Assembly: GCA_043228905.1 (NCBI GenBank) | Contig: JBHGNT010000009.1 | Location: 21,390,001 to 21,454,000, forward strand | DNA: 64,000 nucleotides | Origin: Azolla caroliniana | Lineage: Eukaryota > Plantae > Polypodiophyta | Direction of reading: 5' to 3' | Shown here: one piece after another, positions 1 to 13,030 of the stretch | Layout of the letters: each line of letters begins with the position of its first letter | Numbering within the stretch: position 1 is the stretch's first letter | Notes under the pieces: model-generated | Database searches by the model: none | What the model was told of the DNA's origin: nothing | What the model saw: only the letters and a program-made list of their open reading frames with translations | Position numbers and translations under genes: made by a program

Positions 1-37
1 TAATATACTTACTCATCCCCCATCTTGTGTTCTTCAT

Positions 38-72
<35 letters not shown>

Positions 73-3000
73 TCTCTCTCTCTCTCTCTCTTCCTCTCAC
101 ACACATATCACTTAATCTTCCGCTTATCAACTAATCACATAATTAGGTACTAATTAATCCTTGCTTAATTACTTACCTAATTCTTAACATGGTATCAGAG
201 CGTGTGGTTTAGCACATCCACTAAGCCCACCCAATTCTTCGTAATTGTGTGTTTGAAACGCCGACGACAAATTCCGGCCATTCGCTATTGTCGTGCCGCT
301 ACGTAGCACGTACACGTGATTGAAGGAAGAAAAACAAAAGAAGAGAAGACACAATCAACATGAACACACAAATGGGTAGCTCGCTCCCTAGCGAAAAGCT
401 AGACCTGAGCAATTATTCATCTTGGGAATACAAGATGACCCAATACCTCGTCGGCCAAGAGTATTGGAGCTACATCAACGGTGCACAAGAAAATCGACCT
501 GACTCGAAAAATGCTGACTTTGCAACATGGGAGCAAGCTGCGAGTCAAGTAATGTATTGCATGGCAACATGTGTCCACGACCACATGCTTAGCCACATTC
601 AAGACGCCAAGACACCCAAAGAGGCGTGGGAGAACTTAAAGAAAATGTTTGCCGCCAACACAACCGCCTGAAAGCTTCAACTCCGATAAGAGTTGAACAA
701 CATTCGGCAAAAAGACATGTCTGTGTTGGACTACACCGCCAAGATCAAGAGCATTTGCGACTCTCTTGGCTCCATCAAAATAAACGTCGACAAAGACGAG
801 ATTGTTCAAGTATGCTTGGGCGGCCTCTCACAACGATTCGACTCGTTGAGGACGGAAATCTTGGCGAGGGAAAACCCTCCCTCGTTCTTCGACCTTCAAT
901 CAATGCTAATGGTTGAAGAGAACCATGTCCAAACCAAAACTAAGACATCGGAAGGACAAATGTTCTTCTCGAATTCAGATGGTGACCGAGGACGAGGTTA
1001 CGGCGGTAAAAGAGATAAATTCGACCCATCACACGAAGGGAAATCAAACCTTCACGGAAGCCATCGAGGAACCTTCGGAAGAAGGGGGAGCTTCCACGCC
1101 GAACATGGTCGGCAAAAGAGGCCCGCAACTTGAAATTACTGTGGCAAAGTTGGCCACTACGAGGCGGAGTGTCGAAAAAAGAGAAGTGAGTCGGCTTCAA
1201 CAAGTCGACAACTTACAAACTACGCATCGAACTCCGACTACGATGACCGTGGCAGAATGTTCGTAATGAGGCATAGAGTGAACTCTATGTCGGCCTCTAA
1301 CTCCGTAAGCGCCTCCAACTCGGAAGACGTGTGGTTCGTCGATTCCGGCGCCTCACATCACATGACATCTCACGAAGAGTGGTTTCGTGATTTCCGAATG
1401 CCGGATCGACCCGGCTTCATAAAGACGGGAGATGACACCACGCACCCCATTCGGCACATTGGCAATGTCACATTCGAGAAAGAAGGCGAGCAAACTTGCA
1501 TCAAGAATGTCTTGCACGTGCCCACAATAACGAAGAATTTGGTCTCGGTCGGCCAAATCGTGGAGTAAGGCATGCAAGTCCGCTTCAACAATGAAGGTTG
1601 TTTCATTAAGAAAGATGGTTGACTCATAGCTAAGGGGCGGAGAGACGACCGAATGTTCATCCTCGATTCGAACAAGGTGAAATCGGCAATGTACGTTAAA
1701 GGTCTCAAAACCGAGGCAAGCATCGAGTTGTGACACAAGAGAATCGGCCACATAAACCTCCAACGGCTTCAAGCGATGCAAACCAAGGGAGTCGTCATCG
1801 GACTTCCGACATTCGAGTCAAAACGAGTCGACCGAGTATGTGAAGTGTGTCAACTCGGCAAACAACATCAACTCCCATTCCCAAAGGAGGGCCACGTGAG
1901 CAAAGGCCTCCCCGACATCATACACTCGGATGTATGGGGACCGGCTCAAACACCGACAATTGGCGGATGCCGATACTACGTAACCTTCATCGACGACTAC
2001 TCGCGCTACGCGTGGATCTACCCGATGAAGAAAGCAAAGTGCTCTCCCACTTCCGAAAGCTCAAGGGCCAAGTCAAAAAAGAAACCAGTCGGCACATTCG
2101 ATGCCTACGATCGGATGGAGGCAAGGAGTACTTCTCCGACGAATTCACCTCCTACCTCCAAAGTGAAGGCATTCGTAGAGAATTCTCATGTCGATACACA
2201 CCCCAACAAAATGGAGTAGCCGAAAGGAAGAATCAGCAAATACTCGAGGTAGCACGCGCCATGATGCATGAGAAGCACATGTCGAATTTCTATTGGGCCG
2301 AAGTGGCATCCACGACCGTCTATCTCATGAACCAGTGCACCACCAATGGATTCCATGAGGTAACTTCATACGAGCTCCTCGTCGAAAGGAAGTCAATCTT
2401 GTCGCACCTCAAGGTGTTCAGAAGCATTGCGAATGTACGCATCCTGAACGAACAACAACAGAAGCCCGACGCGAAGTCTCCTCATAGGATATTTGTCCAA
2501 GAAGAAGGTGTACAAGTGTTACAACCCTTCTACCCGAGCGGTTCGAGTAAGTCGAGACGTAGTCTTCGACGAGTCCGCATCGTGGTACGCACCATAGGCT
2601 ACTTCGACTCCGACTCCGGTCGACCCAGAATCCGTCGAACAAGAGGTAGAAGATGGAGATCTCTTCGAACACATGTTCGAAGAAAGTCCGATTATGGCAA
2701 AGCCTAGTGAGCCACAAGAGCCCCCACGCGACCCAAGCCCGTTGCGGCCAAGTACGAACTTGGACAAAGGCAAAGGTAAGATGCCTGAATACGAAGCCGA
2801 TCACCCCAACGACAGTGATTTGGATGAATCGGCCCCCTCACTAGATAGTGAGTTTGGTGTACCCATCATGCATACACCCGGAGTAAAGAAGGCGCTCACA
2901 TTGGCAAGCGAAAAACTTTGATGCTCATCTATAGCTAAGAACCCCGTCACTCGGCACGGTTACAACGAGTATATGGCCCATCATTACACCTTCATGATGA

Positions 3001-3568
3001 AGGTAGCGGCCGAACAAGAGCCCAAGAGCTCCACCGAAGCGGCTCGTAACCCACGATGGGTGGTAGTAGTCGACCTTCGCCCACACACTACAAGCCTTCG
3101 TCACCAGCTTGAGGGGGAGGAACCGAGATTGCCACGGCAAAGAAAGCCGAAGGCCGGACGAAAGCCGCACAGAAGCCGACACCGAAAGCCGGACAACGCC
3201 GAAAGCATAACCGGATGTCGAACGTCTCACACTTGAGCTTGAGGGGGCATGTTGAGAGATCAAGCTCAACTTAGTTTAGTTAGTTAGTCAACCATGTAAC
3301 TTCATAGTTACCTAGATAGAATCTAGTTAGAAGTGTTGACTATAACACCTTAAATAGGACCTTCTACTTAAGTGGGATATTGTAGATCCTCCACTCCCAA
3401 GTACATTTAATATAGGATTCACACATGTGCACCTTTGCACATGAGATGTATATATACCTCATTGTGGGTATTTTTGTATTTTGATGATGATAATGCTAAT
3501 TTAATATACTTACTCATCCCCCATCTTGTGTTCTTCATAAGTGTCTCTCTCTCTCTCTCTCTCTCTCA
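1..3568 (+). mobile_element. Ty1/copia LTR retrotransposon, decayed, with most of RT/RNaseH deleted
   Basis: The 5' LTR ends ...AACA at 189 and is followed by a tRNA-iMet PBS TGGTATCAGAGC (190-201). Gag (NYSSWEYKM, AKTPKEAWENL), a zinc knuckle (~1130-1175), protease WFVDSGASHH and integrase (IIHSDVWGP, YYVTFIDDYSR, LRSDGGKEY, PQQNGVAERKN) are broken by stops and frameshifts. PPT GAGCTTGAGGGGG precedes the 3' LTR TGTTG at 3250. Bases 3502-3543 repeat window bases 1-42, and the 3' LTR breaks off at the CT microsatellite. Confidence 0.95.
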
Positions 3569-3838
3569 TTCTAATAAATGATTAGTTCTAAGAGCTTCAT
3601 ACTAAGCCTTGCACTAATTTTATGTTTTTTCTTTTCCAAAAAAGAATATACTCCTTTAGTTTAAATATACATAAAACTCGATCCCTTTCTTGGGAAGGCC
3701 GAGCCAAGACTATCCTATCCTACACAAGAGATCATGCTTATTTATCTTACACTTTCACATATGGCTCTAGCCATCCTTTCATGCACATCACCTACATTCA
3801 CTATCCCACATGCCATGTCTTTCACGCCCCTCGTTCAT

Positions 3839-4720
3839 CTAATGGGAGGGGGGGGGGAACAACCATTTGGATACTTCATACTTCCATAATATATCCATTC
3901 CATTTGTTGCGGCCATCGGTGTAGTACACCATCGCTTTCGAAAATTCAGCCTCATTAGTTCTACAGCATCATTAGTACCATCAATCCGCTCATATTGAGC
4001 TCTTAGTGTAGTTATTAATGTGTGCCAGATTAGCTTAATCGATTCAGCAGGGGGGCGCTTGTGTGCTGAAAATACCTTGGTACACCTTGTTGTCCATATA
4101 TACCATATAGTAATGGGGGCAAGCAACATCCAAAAATCTCCAAGTTTTTGATTCTGTGCACAAGTTGTAGGTATCTTGTTGTCAGTGATCAGCTGCACAA
4201 TGCCATTCTCCCCTCTGTACTTAGCATCGCACGTGCCATCATATTTCGCCACATCATCCTCAAGACAAATCCAGCAAGCATGTCCCCAGTTGAGGTTGAA
4301 CGAACTAGAGGCATGGCAAAGCAAACGTAGTGCCCTTCCCATACAGCCACTGCCTCGCAACATTCCCATAGACAATGGGAAATGCTTTCTATCTGTCCAC
4401 AAGCAATGCATCTAGGGTCTACATTGGGACCTTTACCCCACGTCCCTACCAGCGAGGCTCTATGTGCAATAAGCCATAAACACATCATTATCTTGCAGTC
4501 ATATCTGTCATGTCATATCATTTTCTAGAATTTATCTAGTCTCATTTCACTAATGCCCTCCTGTATCCAAAATTTCCTTGTTGCAATCTTGTCGTGTTCT
4601 TGTTCTAGAATAATTTGCCTCCCAATCTTCGTGTTGTACCTGAAAAATTGAACCAGTTTTTCCCCATCAGTTCATCCTTGAGTTCTCCAACAATACATCG
4701 TTGGGTCCCATGATACAAAT
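3839..4720 (-). mobile_element. L1-type LINE 3' fragment (zf-RVT region), degenerate
   Basis: Frameshifted ORFs 4189-4488 and 3839-4411 give PRCIACGQIESISHCLWEC and WYIWTTRCTKVF, typical of the plant L1 ORF2 C-terminus. The left-to-right extent beyond 4488 is approximate. Confidence 0.75.
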
Positions 4721-6489
4721 GTATAGGCCAACACACTATTGTGTTTTAGCTTAGTCTCCTTGATTCATGGAAGGTGTTTATTTAAGCATGTGTTTTGTTT
4801 AGTTAAATTGTATACCATACTTATGTATGGCAAAGTACATTGCATTTGTTGCTATCATGAAGAAGTAAAGAAAGTGATGTAACATTTGCTTGTGGCCACT
4901 GGCTAGGGTGCCCAAAAAGAAAATTGGATGACAAAATTATGCTGGAAATAAAGCCTTCTAAAACTTGGGGTTTAAAGAAAGCATATTGTAACAAATGTAC
5001 ACAATGTTAGTTGAATTAGAGCATTATTTGCAACTTCATCAAAACCAACTATGTTGGAAGCCTAGTCTTGTCCATTTTCATGAGTTCTGCCACAACATGC
5101 CATAATGTTAAGGAGCAAGACATGATGTGCTAAAAAACACATTGTTATGTGGCTTTATGCATCATGTTAGAGACTTTTGATGTGCCTATTGATGTGATCT
5201 AAATTGTTTATTGCTTTATATTTCAAAGCTTGCATCTTAAATTAGACATATAAATACGGTGCGGTGGTATCAAAGTTGTTAAGGTGCATGGTCTTCTTGA
5301 GTTGATATTGGGCTTAGCCTAAAACTTCTTCGAAAGTTGATATTTTTTTTTTTTTCCAAAAAAAAACTCCTTCCATTGATATTGAAATAATACAAACTAA
5401 TAGAGGAACGATATAAATTAACTTAAAGCTTTGGAACCATAGTATCACATTTTATAATAGATCAATATTTTTGTTTGAGATCATGCATTTCCCCCCCTAA
5501 AAACAACTTTACAAATTTCACTTTCCACAATGAGATCGTTGAAAACAACACCACACTGATTATTAAACACTTCATGTTTTTTCCTTTGGGGTCATGCACA
5601 GTTACAATTTGATCCTATAAATGGATTTCGAATTTCCAACCTACTATTGAAAACATAGCATTGCATTTGAAAAGACAATGGTTATAATAATGTTTTTTGC
5701 AAGGTTGTATTTTCAAACATCACATATTGTAAATGCTTGAGTATGCACTAGCATGTCTATCAACTATTTGGATCAATGAATAAAAATGAATGCATGGTAC
5801 ACAATAGACGTTATATCCTCGTGAAAACAAGCATAAACATGACCATTTGACACTAATATCACCATAGTTTACTCAGATGGCATTGAATTGAGTTGTTTAT
5901 GTTAATATATTGGCAATGTCATTTTCGGTGTCCACTATCATAATCCACTTTAGGTGAATCATGATGGAACAACAAACATATGTGGCCCATTATGCGTCTC
6001 ATGGGATGCTCATTACGGTGACCTCGTCGAAGGTGACAGTAATCAAGCAAAGTAGTCGTGTTATCTCTATGTAGAGTAACGTTGTTGTCGAAAGGGTTGT
6101 AGATAAGGTGAGATGAAGGTTATTAATGTGTAGTGAGCGTCTCGACACAAAGACAAAACCCAACCCCCATTGGATTCGTTCTAAGTTCTAACCAGTGGGG
6201 GTCTGGTCTGGACACCAAGAACAGAACCCAACTTGCATTGGTCATGTCTAAACCAACGCATTCTGTTCTCCAATTCATAACTGCTCCCCCTCCCCCGACA
6301 GGGGGCAGAACTCAATTGGCGTTACTCTTTCGGATGACAGGGTTCATAGCAGGTTTCCTCCAAAACTCTCGAACTGAAGACATATATATATATATATATA
6401 TATAACCCAATCAGGATGACTTTGTTGTGAGTCACGATGACTTTGTGGTGATCGCGCACGCAAGGAATTGAGGGGGGCCCACACCTCCC

Positions 6490-6782
6490 TCTCTCTCTCT
6501 CACACACACACAAACACACACATAGAGATGGACACACACACACACACACATAGAGATGGACACACACACACGAACACACACACACATACACATAGAGATG
6601 GACACACACACACACGAACACACACACACACACATAGAGATGGACACACAAACACACGCATACACATAGAGATGGACACACACACACACACACACATACA
6701 CATAGAGATGGAGACACACACACACACACATAGAGATGGACACACACACACAGACAACCACACATATACACATAGAGATGGG
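6490..6782. repeat. Compound minisatellite: CATAGAGATGGA units separated by variable (CA)n tracts
   Basis: About 8 copies of catagagatgg interleaved with CA runs. It generates the spurious Cys/Val and His/Thr ORFs at 6322-6833. Confidence 0.9.
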
Positions 6783-6989
6783 GAAGGATGTGGGGTCATG
6801 GGGGGGGGGGGGTAGGTAGTTAATGACATACATAATTAAGCCTGAAGAAGAAGAAGAAGAAGAAGAAGAAGAAGGAGTGAGTCTATGTATACATATATAC
6901 CTATCTACTCTCTATAATCTAATCTAATCTAATCTAATCTAATCTACTCTACTCTCTATAACCCAAGTAAAAACAGAGCAGCTTTCTGC

Positions 6990-7028
<39 letters not shown>

Positions 7029-7609
7029 TCTCTCTCTCTCTGTTTCTCTCTCCATATATGTATTACCTTATTATAGCTGTCTGTCTCTCTGTTTCCCGCG
7101 CACATCCGTGAACTGAAAACACATACACACACACACACAGAGCATCGCCATCGCCATCGCCATCGCCATTGAGCCATGTGATAGGCCATAGCTATAGCCA
7201 TAGCCATAGCCATAGCCATCTCCATCGAGCTCTGTTACATCCTCCCCTGTTCCTGCTCCCTTCGTCGTCTCCCAAAAGGCCATCGCCATCGAGCTCTGCT
7301 TGATCTCTCCGACCGATTGCCCCTCTCTCCCAAAGGTCAGGTATCCTCCTCCTTCTTTCCCCCTTCGTTTCTTTCCCCCTTTGCGTATAAGGCAAAATTT
7401 CTTCGTCTTCGTCTTCGGTTTTATCTCTGAAGGCTTATTTGCCTCATTTCTTTCTCGTTTTTTCTCCATTTCATTGTTCCTTCCATCATTTCTCTCTCTC
7501 TCTCTCTCTCTCTCTCATCTGCAGATATCTCCTGAGATTGCTTATACCGAATCGGGGATTTTCGGTGGCCTTTTTTCTTTCAGAATTTACATTGGTAAAC
7601 AGAGAGGCC

Positions 7610-10600
7610 ATGGAGTCTCCAGAGAGGAGCTCTATGGTCACAACAGTATCAGAAGACCAGGTATTTTTTCTTGATTAAATTATTTCTCCTATTTCTCCCT
7701 TCAAATTTAAAGGTTCGTAAACACTTATATGTGTATGTATATATGCATGTGTGCATACATTTGGATCTTGTCCTCATAACCCGTGCTAGAGGAAAGGAAT
7801 TTCATCTTCTGTGTTGATATGATCCAGGGCCATGATACCGACCATTCTCAATTTGACAGTTTTTTTTCGTACATCTAGATGTCTATAATAAATACATAGA
7901 CTGATTTCAACTCTTAATGCAGAGAACCACATTGAGTTCTATTCTTAATGCTGGGAACCATTTGAATTCTATTGTAAATCCGGCAAGAAAGTTGGACTCT
8001 GTTGGCATTAGAGCAAAAAAAAACACTCAACATTTCTCTGTGTTCCAATCCTTGGCCATGTTGCAACGCTCATTATTACAGTGCTTAGTCCATTTAATGC
8101 AGATAGTATGCATGATCCGTGTTCTGGATTGTGTTTATTTTGTGATCCAGTAAGTCCTGGATAATGGTTCTTTTCTCATATTTACACTTTAGTCCGGATT
8201 GATGCAGAGTAGACATCATTCATATACATCGTTTGGGCCATTCTATTCTATGCTATGATATAGTCCTTGTTGATGCAATTCTCAGAATCTCCTCTTTGAT
8301 GTTTTCATGGTTGCGTTTTTATAGGGATCTCCAATATTCAACTTCCTCTGTAGTCTCTCTCCGATCAAGGTTGTCAAATCTGTGCATATTGCACAGACAC
8401 TTGCAGAGTTCAATTTCCCACCTCCACCAACTGTTTTTGTTACCCCAAGAGTTGATTCGAGAAGAGACACGAGAACATTACAAAAGTGAGTCAAGTTCAC
8501 TGTGGTAAACTATCCGTACTGTTTATATTCTAGAGGGGGGAATAAAAAAATAGCTGGACAATATAAATGGACATGTATACATCTTTCTTAACCAACCATG
8601 TTTTGGGGTTTCATTGCTTTACTGAAAAATGTGTAAAATGCTTTCTTTTTCTTTAATAGGAATGGATCTTCTGATACGAGCGATTTATTGCAAAATCAGT
8701 CCAAAAACTCTCATGATTGTGTGCAAAAAGAGATCAGTCAGGCTCTTGTTAATACATCCAGAAGAATTCAAGGTGTGAGGAAGGTTGAAGGCCAGCAAGT
8801 AAAAAATAATGTGTGTAATTCACCCTGTAATAGTCCCTCGAAGCTTGTAGATCAATATCTGGCTGAACCCATGGAAGTTGAACCAAAATCGTCAATGGAA
8901 GAGTTAGATGTACACAAGGAAATTGTTGATGGAACTCAAGATGGGAAAATGAGATCTGGAAAATGCAATGGGGATGATGATTTAAAAGATGCTCAACTGA
9001 TTGAATCATTGAGATCAGCCCACTTGGATTCACAAGAAATTAGGGATGATAAATTTGTTCTTGAACTTGACCAGGAGACATCGGGTCTTGTGTTTTTTAT
9101 GTCAGAAGATGCTGAAAAGCAACCTATTACACTTGCAAACTTAAGTGGTTGGCAGAATCAGGCCTCTTCTTCAGTATCTGATACACCCATGCAACAATTA
9201 CCTAATCCTTTCACTTCAAATGGTGAAATTGGAAGCGAAAATGCCATGCACAGAGAAGTTGATTGTCTCTCAACCCAAATGGAGACAAATGCTCTGGCAA
9301 GCAAGGCTGCAAATGTAGATTCTCTTGATCAACCAGGAGGTGGTGCCAATAAGGTAAGATGAATAACCTATTTTAAAGCTTTGAATAAAAATGAGCAGAT
9401 CAATGTAATATATGTTTATGTGCATCATTGCAGTATGAGACATATTTGATAGAAGAAAATCGCAAGTAGAAATTTATAAAGCTGGCGAGCCCAATATATT
9501 TTAGTCTCTTTTATTTATTGTTTTCATCTAAACATTTGAGGAAGTTCTATCCTGAGAATATTTATAACTACATTCTTCACCATCTTCTTGACAGCATAAA
9601 TATATTTCCACAATTAAGAGCTAAATAGTGCCTGTTGACCAATTTATACATCAGATTAGGGTCAGATCTGTTTAAGAAAATGTTTGATATATCTCCATTA
9701 CTCATTTTTCAGATTTGCAGGTTTAGGTGAGTTTGCCCTAAATTTAAAGTGCACGATTGATGATTGATGAGCAGTATTGTATTTGTTTGGTAGTAATCTG
9801 TTAAGTTAAAGCTGACCTTGCATTTGCAAAACCATATAGTTGATAAACCATATTGATAAGTTGCAGGTTTATGCGAGTTTGCCCTAAATATAAATGGCAC
9901 AATTGGTGATTGATTAGCAATATCATATTCGTTTGGCAGTAAGCTGTTAAGTTTAATCTGACCTTCTATTTGCAAAACTATATAAATGATAGATAAGATC
10001 CATGCTCTCAGGTCAATTTGCCTTCTCAACGTGGATTTCGGCGACGGTGCCTAGATTTTGAAGAGGGTCAAGGAAAAAGCAAGAGCACTCCCCCTGCACT
10101 GAAACAGAATGCTAATAATGGTGACGTTCAATCTGAAAACGATGCGAGCTCTATTCCAGATTCAACCACCCAACTGTATGTCCTGAAAGAAAGAGTTTTG
10201 GCAACATCTGGTGCAACAAATAGTGACGCTGCCAAATTTCTAGATACAGATAAGGGAGCACAACTCAAATCTAATTGTGTGCACAACTCAGCACAGTCCT
10301 TGAAGGATTCCCATGTCGATATGGATTACCACCATTCATGTGATATACAACATTCACCTGGAAACATTACCGTTTCTGAGAACATGCAATGTGGCACACT
10401 ATGCTTTAATAGTAGTATGCCTTCATCAGAATCATCTTTGCGGTCAACAAATGCTTCCTTAGGCACAACACCTCCCTCAAGGAGTTCTGATGATGGATAC
10501 CGTAACTACTTGCCTTCAGGAAATCCTTGTTATCTCTTAAACATTGGATCGGAAGGATGTGATTCATTTGTTTCTCTTATGGAGGAAAGAAAGGAAAGTG

Positions 10601-13030
10601 AATGTGATTTGCAGTTAGAAAGCTCTGAACTACCTGTAATTGCCATTGAAAATATTCAGTTAGCTGAAATAGGAATGAAGCACTCACAAGACTCTGTCCC
10701 AACGTATAGATTTGAGAAAAAACCAAGTCTCCTTGGCCATAGGAGAGGTTCACAGACAGAACTTAGCTGTCAAATAGAAAGCGATGATCGGGAGTCCTCT
10801 GACCAAAGCCCACCTAGCCCAAAGAAGAAAAGGTATTGTATGTTGTCCAGAGAACTGGCCTTTGGTTGATTGTTTGTGTGGACTGAATTTATGTGAAATA
10901 TGCAGGAGGTCAACATCATCAACTGATAAATCGGGTGGTGTATGCAAGCGATGTAATTGTAAGAAGTCCAAGTGCCTTAAATTGTAAGTTTTGCTCTTGT
11001 TCACCAACTATTTATAGAATTTATAAGAATGTGGCTTAACTGGAATTATTTGAATCGATTTGAAAAATTAACTTCTCTTTACAGGTACTGTGAATGTTTT
11101 GCCGCTGGGGTTTATTGTGTAGATTCTTGTTCTTGTCAAGGCTGCCAGAATAAACCTGAATTTGAAGAGGTAGTTTTAGAAACACGACAACAAATCGAAT
11201 CACGGAATCCTCTTGCCTTTGCACCTAAGGTTGTTCTCGCAGCGTCTGGTGATTTGACTCCTTCAACTATGGTAATTGATGAAAAAACATAAGCATTTAG
11301 TATTCAATTATATTGACTCATGAAAATGACATTGTTTATTGTCTCTCGTTGACAAGATACCATTGTAACTTTTTTATACAGGAAAAGAATAGCGGTGATA
11401 CTCCTCCTGCAAGACATAAGAGAGGGTGCAACTGCAAAAAGTCTAAATGCTTGAAGAAGTATTGCGAATGCTATCAGGTAGGTGGTGTGCATCACATCTT
11501 CATTGTATATTTTCCATATGGCAAACATTTGTATATTCCAATTTCCAATTTCAGGCAGGAGTTGGCTGTTCAGACGGTTGTAGGTGTGAAGACTGTCAAA
11601 ATATTCATGGAAGGAAAGAAGGTATGTGGGTTGTCAATTATTCCTTTCATTTAAAAAACTATTTTTATAATAGCATGAGTGCCAACTTCTTGTAGGTTTC
11701 AAAGATTCAGATGAAAAAGACATATCTAATGAAACAGCTGAGAAAGAGGCGTTATACGATCAGGTGGAGGTGTCACAATATTGCCATGAGCTTACAGATA
11801 TGTCACAGCAGCAACATCATAACTTGTCTCCGATAACTCCATCTTTGGAACACATGGGGTACATTTTTCTCCTCACATACACTTGTGCCTTCTTAACTGA
11901 TGAGAGGATGGTCTTTTTTGTTGAATGTAGCCATCATGAGACATAGGCTCCCTCACTCCCCTCCACATCTTGTCCTCTGGATGTGTTTCTGGTAGTTTTC
12001 AGGATATGTATGTTTGTGTGTTCAAGTCTTCTGACTATGCAAATAGAAACTTAAAAAGCAAGCAAGAAATAAAAATATGAATGAATTCTACATTGAGTTG
12101 GAGGAATTTAACTGGGTTTGTGCAAGCAAGCAAAATAAGGAACTGTATTTGGGAAGATGTGAATATGTATATTTGTGATTGGTACCTTCCTATCTGTGTT
12201 GATAACTGGATTGAACTTCTCTACACAGGCCAAACAGGTCTGCATTAATGTCTAGATCTGCCAGCAAACGGCGTTTTTCATATGAGGAGATACAGTCTCC
12301 ACCTTTCTTGCTTTCATCGTCAAAGCCACCAAAGACACCATCACGGTTGCTTAGGTCTTCAAAAGAAACTGATAACACTTTCCTGCCCATTTCTGGAAGA
12401 CGTCTTTCGAGCTCACCTATATCAACACCCGACCTCTTTGGGATTGACCAATTTTCACCTCGTTGGGATGGACTCGCTGATATATGCACTCTCACTCCTT
12501 TACCTCAGGCTCCTAATAGAGCTGTCCCAGCATCTGTATCAAAATTGGATGAACCTGATGATTCTTCTCCATCCATAAATTTTCAGCAATGTGACAGCCT
12601 TCTTAGTTCTGATAACAAGAGATTCGCAAGTAAAAATTCAAGATTAGCACACTGCATATCACCAATGTATCCAAGTAAGGTTTCTGATGACATACAAAAT
12701 TCTCAGACTTCAACGGAATTGCAGAATGCCCCTTTGATGCCAACATTTAATGCGCATGTTTCTGATATGGATCCTAAGGGGTCCTATAATGATTCTAAGG
12801 CTCTTCAACAAAAGTCTGCTGAAGATGTAATGCCTGAATGTTTGAAAGACCCAGAAGCTTCACTCTCTCCAGTATGTCAGTTGAAAACTAGCTCACCGAA
12901 GAGAAAGAGAGTCTCTCCTCCTAGCTCGAGGGAAACTCTCCATGGAAGTTTTCATTCACCAGCATCAAGAAGTGTAAGGAAATTCATATTACGATCCATT
13001 CCATCGACACCAAGTATTGATGGCTCTTGA
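7610..13030 (+). CDS. Tesmin/TSO1-like CXC (CRC/CPP) domain transcription factor, 10 coding exons
   Basis: GT-AG exons in continuous phase: 7610-7660, 8325-8485, 8660-9353, 10012-10832, 10906-10983, 11085-11271, 11382-11477, 11555-11621, 11696-11858, 12229-13030. Family motifs: [92 protein letters not shown]. Confidence 0.93.
9713..9995. repeat. Intronic ~148-bp tandem duplication (2 diverged copies)
   Basis: ttgcaggttta-gagtttgccctaaat...ctgttaagtt...ctgacctt...tttgcaaaac occurs at ~9713-9860 and ~9860-9995, inside intron 3 of the CXC gene. Confidence 0.8.

Noticed and set aside
3803-3850. Additional USE-like ATCCCACAT (also near 30990 and 31495) as promoters of unknown ncRNAs
   Set aside because: No TATA box at the 22-36 nt spacing and no recognisable RNA downstream.
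6322-6833. Cys/Val-rich and His/Thr-rich ORFs
   Set aside because: Translations of the CA-based minisatellite, open in many frames.
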